Assembly (NCBI GenBank): GCA_023392635.1
Contig: JAEVYS010000108.1
Coordinates: forward strand, 5,871-69,870
DNA: 64,000 bases
Source: Actinomycetes bacterium
GTDB lineage: Bacteria; Actinomycetota; Actinomycetes; Propionibacteriales; Propionibacteriaceae
Direction: 5' to 3'
Position numbers and translations under genes: made by a program. Shown one piece after another: positions 10,201 to 16,662 of this stretch. Positions within the stretch are counted from its first letter, which is position 1. Every line of letters begins with the position of its first letter. The notes beneath the pieces were generated by a model. It was not told the origin of the DNA, ran no database searches, and saw only the letters and a list, made by a program, of their open reading frames with translations.

Positions 10201-10576
10201 GCGCCACTACCCCGAGGGACGCTCCTGGCTGCGGACCTGGTTCCCGGCGACCGGCTGCGTGCCACGTACGGGTTCGGGCGTCACGCTCGCGGCCGTGACC
10301 GCCGTGGCCACGTCCCTGCGCGTGGTCGAGCGGGCACCGGGGGTGCTCCTGGTGCAGGTCACCTCGCCGGCGGGTGGACCGCCGCCGAGCACCGGGACGG
10401 TCCTGCTCCAGCTCGACTCCGACGACGGGCGCCACGAGGTGGTCGCCGCCCCGGTCGAGGCGAACGGCTACGCGCAGGTGCGATTCGATCCGGCGACCGG
10501 CCGGGGCGTCCTGCACTACTCGGGGACCCCCGGCTACGCGTCGGCGGCCGGAGTCGAGGTCGAGCTGGAGCGCTGA
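7211..10576 (+). CDS. 1121-aa multidomain protein: beta-propeller + M6-like zinc metalloprotease + CARDB/Ig-like domains
   Basis: N-terminal repeated GLxxPxx blades; NSVNTFYQEMS, HELGHTFGLDDLY and LMG (Met-turn) motifs; C-terminal KVHNLG...VTVRF, HFCVQARI, DNNLAQSN; GAGGGGG RBS. Confidence 0.8.
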   Translation: MAEPRVWADGLAGTGIGADIWNERTVLFTDWSGGRLVAVTVELGELTPWGDGYSEPESVSVVGDDALITERTGALLRQDLNTPGRASAQVVATGLGAPHQVVRTGDGAAALVADHAGGRVVRVDLATGATSDELTGLGQPVGLAVGADGALFVTEQATGSLTRHDPDGTTTVVVGGLVSPFLLSWADAERTQLLVTERAPVHRVGIVDVTEAAPSVGRLVGRGIVQPSQAIVLGDLLVVTGAGRLLALDASGGLRPGVHVTALPGPIWPGSWADVEIDTGVTGWTRAELVLETDPVGPLTVDEHPNADLDARRPSLRLLARSTLGPVDLVVKDAATMTEVGRGHLEVGFDAGSPLDGPPLWVETPARPPVLYTLEAVKGVDDAGAKSPKDGAGKATSKWRVLAALVDTKDARWSATVTPTAPAPTIATAQSTWRDVLVGANSVNTFYQEMSGNRLSIELVTGSVQGPVQLDGTWADWFTMPTGTNQWFVKDDVVQRVASALQSVTDWTQVDAVFLIVRSPDGTRYIWPRAQQRAYKVNAKNGAGKDVQVSVAKVGMPHDQTTAANLGFTNVEVSSHELGHTFGLDDLYMDASYTADMQARALGTRELMGNESALPHLTARHKLLLGFLDTGHVRSFTYGAAEDATFDLTAISDGLPPAGSFAAVELKVAPRLSWFFEYRVPRPGRIGDTGAAFTGGKVMGYDATRYELPPISADKRRPIILLLDDGDGEGAVLAAGNDYEHLDVNGQALSQFRLEVLSMNGTTARVRVKVGAVSAPDPSIVTNNGEEGDYKSPDIEIRNELSDADKAWLNRPVIVSDPSIKPNRVVAKVHNLGGLDAPNVTVRFKVLPFNTDDKDSERWNDLGNPVTHEVKAGQTVEFETQWSPDHDGHFCVQARIDRYTRVPGAAADEPDVDNNLAQSNYFKIESKPSSPATREVSFIEVHNPYPYAASALVDVAQDTDAYRTFVDHQWVHLEPGQTRLVRMEVESLATSIWDAIERHYPEGRSWLRTWFPATGCVPRTGSGVTLAAVTAVATSLRVVERAPGVLLVQVTSPAGGPPPSTGTVLLQLDSDDGRHEVVAAPVEANGYAQVRFDPATGRGVLHYSGTPGYASAAGVEVELER

Positions 10577-10634
10577 CGGCGCCGGCCGACGGAGTCTGTT
10601 CGCGCGAAGGACCCGGCATCACCGCGATGACGGA

Positions 10635-10658
10635 GGGACGAGCCGACCCGCTCGTCCC
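10635..10658. terminator. Hairpin between convergent genes
   Basis: GGGACGAGC-N6-GCTCGTCCC. Confidence 0.55.
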
Positions 10659-10679
10659 GGGACCGGCCGGGGATCCTCC

Positions 10680-11474
10680 TCAGTGCCCGGCGATCCGAAT
10701 CCGCGGAACGGCCGCGAGGAGGTCCCTGGTGTACTCGGTGGCGGGGGCGTCGTAGACCTCGCCGGTCGGGCCCTGCTCGACGATCCGGCCCTGGCGCATC
10801 ACCGCGAGACGATCGCACAGGTGGCGCACCACGAGCAGGTCGTGGCTCACCACCACCAGGGTCAGCCCCTGCGCCGTGACCAGGTCGGTGAGCAGGTTCA
10901 GCACCTGGGCCCGCACCGAGACGTCGAGGGCGGACACCGGCTCGTCGGCGATCAGCACCTCCGGCTTCGGCGCGAGCGCCCGCGCGATCGCGATGCGCTG
11001 GCGCTGGCCGCCGGAGAACTCGTGGGGGAAGCGCTTCCCGGAATCCGGTGGGAGGTCGACCGCGGACAGCACTTCGGCGAGCCGCCGGGCGTGGTCGACG
11101 CCCTCGGGCAGCTGCCGGCGAACGAGCCGTGAGCGCAAGGGCTCGGTGATGATGTCCCCCACGTTCATCCGCGGGTTCAGCGACGAGCGCGGGTCCTGGA
11201 ACACCATCTGGACCGACGCCCGGAGGAAGCCGAGTCGGCGCTCCGGGAGGCCGGTGATGTCGGTGCCGTCGAACCAGACCGTGCCTGACGTGGGACGGTC
11301 CAGGCCCGCGAGCAGCCGCACCAGGGTCGACTTCCCGGAGCCCGACTCCCCGACGATGCCCAGCCGCTGTCCCGCCTCCACGGTGAGGTCCACGCCGTCG
11401 AGGGCGAGCACCTCCGTCCCCCCGTTGCGGTAGCGGCGGGTGAGGTTCTCGGCGCGGTACAGCGGCTGGCTCAC
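10680..11474 (-). CDS. Peptide/nickel ABC transporter ATP-binding protein (DppF/OppF-like)
   Basis: GESGSGKST, FSGGQRQR and ADEPVSALD motifs; GTG start overlaps the upstream gene's stop. Confidence 0.9.
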   Translation of the reverse strand: MSQPLYRAENLTRRYRNGGTEVLALDGVDLTVEAGQRLGIVGESGSGKSTLVRLLAGLDRPTSGTVWFDGTDITGLPERRLGFLRASVQMVFQDPRSSLNPRMNVGDIITEPLRSRLVRRQLPEGVDHARRLAEVLSAVDLPPDSGKRFPHEFSGGQRQRIAIARALAPKPEVLIADEPVSALDVSVRAQVLNLLTDLVTAQGLTLVVVSHDLLVVRHLCDRLAVMRQGRIVEQGPTGEVYDAPATEYTRDLLAAVPRIRIAGH

Positions 11475-12316
11475 GCGCGTCCCCCGGCGTAGAAGTCCTC
11501 GACGGTCGGCAGCCGATCCCCCGGCCGGGCCAGGTCGAGGCGCGCGGTGGCCACCAGACCGCGGGTGTAGGGATGCTTCGCCGCGGTGAACAACTCCGCC
11601 ACGGTGCCGGTCTCCACGACCTCGCCGTCCAGCATCACCATCACCCGGTCGCACACCTGGGAGACCACGGCGAGGTCGTGGCTGATGAACAGGCAGGCGG
11701 CGCCGGCGGCACTGAGCACCTCGTCCAGCTTCTGCAGGACGAGCGCCTGGACGGTCACATCCAGGGCGGTGGTCGGCTCGTCGCAGATCACCAGGTCGGG
11801 TGAGTTGATCAGCGCCATGGCAAGGACGACCCGCTGGCGCTGCCCGCCGGAGAGCTGGTGCGGGAACGCGTCCGCCACCCGGATCGGATCGGCCAGGCCG
11901 ACCTCCCCCAGCATCGCCACCACGCGCTCGCGCGCCGGGCCGGACTCCGCGCCCTGGTGGAGCCGCAGCACCTCCGCCACCTGACGCCCCACCCGCATCG
12001 TCGGGTCGAGCGCGGTCATCGGTTCCTGGAAGACCATCGACATGACGTCGCCCCGCAGCCTGGCCAGCCCACGCTCCGGCCGCCCGACGATCTCGGTGCC
12101 GGCGAGGCGGACCGACCCGCTCAGGTGCGCGTTCTCCGGCAGCAGGCCCATCACCGCCAGTGCCGTCACCGTCTTGCCCGAGCCCGATTCGCCGATCACC
12201 CCGAGTCGTTGCCCGGCGTCGAGACGGAAGCTCACCCCCCGGACGGCATCGACGCGGCGCCGCCCGAAGCTCACCGACAGGTCCTCGACCTCGAGGAGGC
12301 TCGCGCCGGTGGTCAT
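11471..12316 (-). CDS. Peptide/nickel ABC transporter ATP-binding protein (DppD/OppD-like)
   Basis: GESGSGKT, LSGGQRQR, DEPTTALD and HPYT motifs. Confidence 0.9.
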   Translation of the reverse strand: MTTGASLLEVEDLSVSFGRRRVDAVRGVSFRLDAGQRLGVIGESGSGKTVTALAVMGLLPENAHLSGSVRLAGTEIVGRPERGLARLRGDVMSMVFQEPMTALDPTMRVGRQVAEVLRLHQGAESGPARERVVAMLGEVGLADPIRVADAFPHQLSGGQRQRVVLAMALINSPDLVICDEPTTALDVTVQALVLQKLDEVLSAAGAACLFISHDLAVVSQVCDRVMVMLDGEVVETGTVAELFTAAKHPYTRGLVATARLDLARPGDRLPTVEDFYAGGRA

Positions 12317-13125
12317 GACACCTCCCGCAGCCGAGGATCGAGGTAGTCGCGCAAGCCGTCGCCGAGCAGGTTGAACCCCAGCACCGCGAGGGCGATCGCC
12401 AGGCCCGGCCACAGTGCCTGCAGCGGCGCCACGCCCATCAGCTCCTGCGCATCGCGCAGCATGTTGCCCCACGTCGGGTTCGGTCGCGGCGTGGCCAGCC
12501 CGAGGTAGGAAAGGGCCGCCTCCGCGAGGATCGCCAGCGCGAACCCGACCGAGGCCTGGACCCCGACGAGCGGGGCGATGTTGGGCAGGACGTGCCGTCC
12601 CGCCACCGCCCAGCGCGAGGTCCCGGACGCACGGGCGGCCAGGACGAAGTCGCTCGCCATCACCTGCAGCGACCCGGCGCGTGCCACGCGGGCGAACGCG
12701 GGGATGCTCGCGATGCCGATCGCCGCCATGGCGGTGAGGGTCGAGCCGCCGAACACGGCCGCCAGCAGGATCGCGAGCAGGAGCGCGGGAAACGCGTAGA
12801 CCACATCGGCGACCCTCATCACCACGTCGTCGATCCAGCCCCCGGCCTGGCCGGCGAGCATGCCCAACGGGACGCCCACCGCCGCGGCGAGCCCGACGGA
12901 GATGATGCCGACGAACAACACCGTCCGAGCCCCCACCATGAGCCGGCTGACGGTGTCGATGCCGAAGCCGTCCGTGCCGAGGAGGTGCGGCCAGCCGGGC
13001 CCGAGGAGCCGCTGGCCCGCGACGACCCGGAGCGGGTCGAACGGCGTCCAGAAGACCGAAACGACGGCCGTCATCACGACCAGGCCGACCAGGACCAGCC
13101 CGATCACCAGTTGGGCGCGCTTCAC
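12313..13125 (-). CDS. Peptide ABC transporter permease (DppC-like)
   Basis: HLLGTD, EAA-like loop FVLAARASG, HVLPN and NLLGDGLRDYLDP motifs. Confidence 0.9.
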   Translation of the reverse strand: MKRAQLVIGLVLVGLVVMTAVVSVFWTPFDPLRVVAGQRLLGPGWPHLLGTDGFGIDTVSRLMVGARTVLFVGIISVGLAAAVGVPLGMLAGQAGGWIDDVVMRVADVVYAFPALLLAILLAAVFGGSTLTAMAAIGIASIPAFARVARAGSLQVMASDFVLAARASGTSRWAVAGRHVLPNIAPLVGVQASVGFALAILAEAALSYLGLATPRPNPTWGNMLRDAQELMGVAPLQALWPGLAIALAVLGFNLLGDGLRDYLDPRLREVS

Positions 13126-14102
13126 GACGTCACCTGGTGCTCATCGGCGCCCGCGGTCGCGGCCTGGCGCGGGTCGATCAGCAGATAGGAGAAGTCGACG
13201 AGCGCACTGATCAGGAGCACGGCGAGGACGAGGAACATCACCGTGCCCTGCACCACGACCAGGTCGCGCTGGCCCACCGCGGTGAGCAGGAGTGAGCCGA
13301 GTCCGGGCAGCGTGTACACCGATTCCACCACGATCGCGCCGACCAGGACCGTCGACAGCTGCAGCCCGATGACGGTGACCAGCGAGATCGCCGCGTTGCG
13401 CACGCCGTGGCGCAGCAGGGCGCGCATGGGCGTCCACCCGATGGAGCGCGCGGTGCGGAAGTAGTCCTCGTTGAGCACGTCGATGAACGCCGAGCGGACG
13501 TAGCGGATCAGCACCGCGGCCTGGACGAGGGCGAGGGTGAACACGGGCAGCACCAGGTGCGCCGCCCACTGCGCAGGGTTCCGGGCGAGCGGGACGTAGC
13601 CGTTGGCAGGCAGCCAGTGGAGTCCCACCGAGAACACCAGCACCAGCAGGATGCCGCCCCAGAACACCGGGACGGCCATGCCCACCTGGGCGGCGGCGCT
13701 GATCGTGAAGCCGGGCCACGAGCGCCGCTTCAGCGCGGCGACCATTCCGGCGGGCAGGGCGATCAGCAGGGATCCGAGCAGGCCGAACAGGACCAGCCAG
13801 AGCGTCACCGCGATGCGCGGGGCGAGCAGTGCCAGCACCGGCTGGCCGTTGAGGTGCGAGTGGCCGAAGTCGCCGACCACGAGGCCGCCGAGCCAGCTCA
13901 GGTACTGCACCGGCAGCGGCCGGTCCAGGCCGAGCTGGGCGCGCAGCTTCGCGACGGCCTCGGGGGTGGCGTCCGTGCCGAGCAGCACCTGCGCCACGTC
14001 CCCCGGCAGCGCGTTGGTCAGCAGGAAGATGAGCAGCGACGCGCCCAGCAGGCTGACGAGGAACACGCCGAGCCGCCGCAGGACGCGCAGGGCGAGGTGC
14101 AT
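13122..14102 (-). CDS. Peptide ABC transporter permease (DppB-like)
   Basis: LPGD...GLDRPLPVQY, DYFRTARSIG and LIDPR motifs. Confidence 0.9.
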   Translation of the reverse strand: MHLALRVLRRLGVFLVSLLGASLLIFLLTNALPGDVAQVLLGTDATPEAVAKLRAQLGLDRPLPVQYLSWLGGLVVGDFGHSHLNGQPVLALLAPRIAVTLWLVLFGLLGSLLIALPAGMVAALKRRSWPGFTISAAAQVGMAVPVFWGGILLVLVFSVGLHWLPANGYVPLARNPAQWAAHLVLPVFTLALVQAAVLIRYVRSAFIDVLNEDYFRTARSIGWTPMRALLRHGVRNAAISLVTVIGLQLSTVLVGAIVVESVYTLPGLGSLLLTAVGQRDLVVVQGTVMFLVLAVLLISALVDFSYLLIDPRQAATAGADEHQVTS

Positions 14103-14114
14103 GGACCTGCCGTC

Positions 14115-15668
14115 CTACCGGCTGGTGATCGTGGTCAGGTCGAAACTGAGCGTGGTGGCGTTCTGGGCGACCCCGGAGATGGTCGCCTTGGTGATCACCA
14201 GGTTCGGCAGCGCGAACAGCCAGATCGCCGCCGCGTCGTCGGCGAGGTACCGGACGGCCTGCTTCATCAGCTCGTTGGCCTGCTCGTCGGAGGTCGCCTC
14301 GTCGGCCGCGGTGTAGAGCCCGGCGAACTTCGGGTCGCCGTAGTGCCAGTAGTACTTCGGGTTGGCGAACTTGCCCAGGTCGCGGGCTTCGACGTGCGCG
14401 ACGATCGTCATGTCGTAGTCGCCGTTGGTGAAGACCTCAGAGAGCCAGCGGCTGAAGTCGAGCTCCTCGATCTTGACGTTCACGCCGACGTCGGCGAGCT
14501 GGCTGGCGACGAACTGGGCCGACTTCACCGCGTACGGCACGACCGGGACGCGCAGGCGCAGGCTCAGCGGCGACTTCGCGTCGTAGCCGGCCTGCTTCAG
14601 CAGGGTCCTGGCCTTGTCGGGATCGAACGGGTTGGTGCCGGAGAGGTCCTCGTACCACGGGTCGGTGGGCACCGCCATCGACCCGATCAGGGTGCCCTGG
14701 CCGTTCCAGACCGTGTCCATCAGGGCCTTGCGGTCGATCGCCATCGTCAGCGCCTGACGGACGGGCAGCTTCGCCAGCGCCTTGTTGTCATGGTTCAGGC
14801 CGAGCACCACCTCGCCGTTGGTGGTGCCGCTGATCGTGGTGTACAGGCTGGTGTCGGAGAACTGCGACAGCGCGTCCGGCGCCTGGAGGTTGGAGATCAC
14901 GTCCAGGTCGCCGCTCAGCATGGCGGCGTTCATCGCGTTGGGATCGGCGAAGTAGCGGAAGGTGACCTCGTCGAACCGGGCGGGGTTGGCCCAGTAGTTG
15001 TCGTTCTTGGCGAGGACGACGTTCTGCCCCTGGTTGTGGGCCTTGACGCTGTAGGGCCCGGAGCCGGCGCTGGCGGTGTTGAGGTCGCCGGAGAACGACG
15101 GGTCGAGGATCATGCCGAGCGTCGAGGACATGTCGTACAGCCACATCGTCGAGGGGTGCACGAGCGTGACCTGCACCTGCGCGGGGTCGGGAGCGGTCGC
15201 GTCCGCCACCACAGCCAATTGGGCGCGAAGGGTCTCGGTGAGCTTCGGATCAGCCTTCATCCGGGTGATGTTCGCGACGACGGCGGCCCCGTCGACCGGC
15301 TTGCCGGAGGCGAACTTCGCCGCCGGGTTCAGGTGGAACGTGTAGGTGGTGCGGTCGGAACTGACCTCCCACGCCTGGGCCAGGAGCGGCTTGACGGCCC
15401 CGCTGGAGTCGACCTTCACGAGGGTCTCGTACACGTTGTAGAGGAGCACCTGCGGAATCGAGGCGGCGGTGTTGTGCCACGGGTCCATGGAGGCGGGCTC
15501 GAGCGTTGCGCCCACCGACAGCGTGCGGAGCTGGTTGCTGCTGCTGGGGGGCGACGAGGCCGGCGCGCACGCCGCGAGGATCACCGCCAGCGCCAGCCCG
15601 AGCAGCGCCGCGAGCGCCCTGCCCGAGCGGGAGCGGGAACGCACCGGCGTTGCGGCGACGTGGGTCAT
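14115..15668 (-). CDS. ABC transporter family-5 substrate-binding lipoprotein
   Basis: Lipobox ILAAC; NVYETLV, PLLAQAWEVS, GSGPY and VRQALTMAIDR motifs. Confidence 0.9.
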   Translation of the reverse strand: MTHVAATPVRSRSRSGRALAALLGLALAVILAACAPASSPPSSSNQLRTLSVGATLEPASMDPWHNTAASIPQVLLYNVYETLVKVDSSGAVKPLLAQAWEVSSDRTTYTFHLNPAAKFASGKPVDGAAVVANITRMKADPKLTETLRAQLAVVADATAPDPAQVQVTLVHPSTMWLYDMSSTLGMILDPSFSGDLNTASAGSGPYSVKAHNQGQNVVLAKNDNYWANPARFDEVTFRYFADPNAMNAAMLSGDLDVISNLQAPDALSQFSDTSLYTTISGTTNGEVVLGLNHDNKALAKLPVRQALTMAIDRKALMDTVWNGQGTLIGSMAVPTDPWYEDLSGTNPFDPDKARTLLKQAGYDAKSPLSLRLRVPVVPYAVKSAQFVASQLADVGVNVKIEELDFSRWLSEVFTNGDYDMTIVAHVEARDLGKFANPKYYWHYGDPKFAGLYTAADEATSDEQANELMKQAVRYLADDAAAIWLFALPNLVITKATISGVAQNATTLSFDLTTITSR

Positions 15669-15764
15669 CAGCCCTCCACGGTATCTGGCCCCGCGACGCG
15701 AGGAAGCGCAAAGAGTCTAGCGGAGCGCTCCGCCGGGCCCGCGGCACCCGCGATGCGGGCCGAT

Positions 15765-15793
15765 TTGGGTATCCGGCGGGTCTCACCTAAGCT
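15765..15793 (+). promoter_or_regulatory. Housekeeping-sigma promoter of the tRNA
   Basis: TTGGGT-N17-TAAGCT, 11 nt before the tRNA. Confidence 0.6.
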
Positions 15794-15804
15794 GGTCGAG
15801 GCGA

Positions 15805-15878
15805 CGCGGGGTGGAGCAGCTCGGTAGCTCGCTGGGCTCATAACCCAGAGGTCACAGGTTCAAATCCTGTCCCCGCTA
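15805..15878 (+). tRNA. Initiator tRNA-fMet (CAT); CCA not encoded
   Basis: CGCGGGG/CCCCGCT acceptor stem with a 1:72 mismatch; anticodon stem CTGGG-CTCATAA-CCCAG with three G-C pairs; GGTTCAAATCC T-arm. Confidence 0.97.
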
Positions 15879-15883
15879 CGAAC

Positions 15884-15932
15884 GGAACCCGCTTCCCGTC
15901 CGGCTGAACAGTCGGACCGGGAAGCGGGTTCC
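15884..15932 (+). terminator. Long hairpin after the tRNA
   Basis: GGAACCCGCTTCCCG...CGGGAAGCGGGTTCC, followed by TGCGTTT. Confidence 0.75.
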
Positions 15933-15967
15933 TGCGTTTCCGGCGTCCGTTCGGCCAGACTGTTGGC

Positions 15968-16210
15968 GTGGACATCGCGATCGGCGAGGACATGATCCGC
16001 CTCGGCCAGCTGCTCAAGTACGCCAACGTCGTCCTGGACGGCGGCGAGGCGAAAGCCCTGGTAGCAGGGGGCCACGTGCGTGTGGACGGCGAGGTGGAGA
16101 CCCGCCGCGGACGACAGGTGCGGGTGGGCTCCCTCGTCGAGGTCGACCTCCCCGGCGGCCTTCACCAACTCAGGATCGTCGGCGACGACCCGCCCGCTGC
16201 CGACGGGTGA
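15968..16210 (+). CDS. Small S4-domain RNA-binding protein (YaaA/YbcJ-like)
   Basis: IRLGQLLK...GGEAK...V.VDGEVETRRGRQ pattern; CAGACT -10 lies 6 nt upstream. Confidence 0.88.
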   Translation: MDIAIGEDMIRLGQLLKYANVVLDGGEAKALVAGGHVRVDGEVETRRGRQVRVGSLVEVDLPGGLHQLRIVGDDPPAADG

Positions 16211-16229
16211 GCCGCGCCCCCGGGAGCGC

Positions 16230-16445
16230 TCAGTCGGTGTGCGGCTCGCCGGGGTCGACGTACCCCTCGGCGACCCGGCGACGCCCGCCGGTGGCGCGCT
16301 CGGCCGCCACCTGCTGGTCCTCGTCCTGGCCGCCCTGGCCGCGTGACCCGGCCGCCACGCTGGGCATCGGTACCTCGCCGCCGTCGCCACGAACGGACGC
16401 CTCGGAGCCGTCCGTGCCGCGAACCGGTTCGTCGAACTCGCTCAT
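16230..16445 (-). CDS. Small acidic, probably disordered hypothetical protein (71 aa)
   Basis: AGGAGG RBS 6 nt before the ATG; fills the gap between the S4 gene and helR. Confidence 0.55.
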   Translation of the reverse strand: MSEFDEPVRGTDGSEASVRGDGGEVPMPSVAAGSRGQGGQDEDQQVAAERATGGRRRVAEGYVDPGEPHTD

Positions 16446-16565
16446 CGCTGCCTCCTGTCGGCTTCCCCTTACCCCTCGGGGGCAGGAGCGGACACCGGGG
16501 CGCGGTGCGGGAGAGGGAGGAACGGCAGCGTGGCGGCCTTCCTCACTTCCAAGGTATAGCGGGTG

Positions 16566-16588
16566 GGGGGTCTTGCCGCAAGGCCCCC
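16566..16588. promoter_or_regulatory. Rifamycin-associated element (RAE) palindrome
   Basis: GGGGGTCTTGC-C-GCAAGGCCCCC, one mismatch from a perfect palindrome, about 75 bp upstream of helR. Confidence 0.85.
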
Positions 16589-16662
16589 GACCGGGCGCAC
16601 ACTGTGGGCTGTTCGTCAGCCGTTCTCCCTAGTCAGCTGACACTTCTCGGAGGAGATGGCCC

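Noticed and set aside
7354..10755. Very long alternative-frame and antisense ORFs (e.g. 7354-10755, 6863-9106, 13407-15827, 41468-43975, 57928-60234)
   Set aside because: They are Arg/Gly/Pro-rich or antisense shadows of recognisable genes. Stop codons are rare at this GC content, and these frames show no family motifs.
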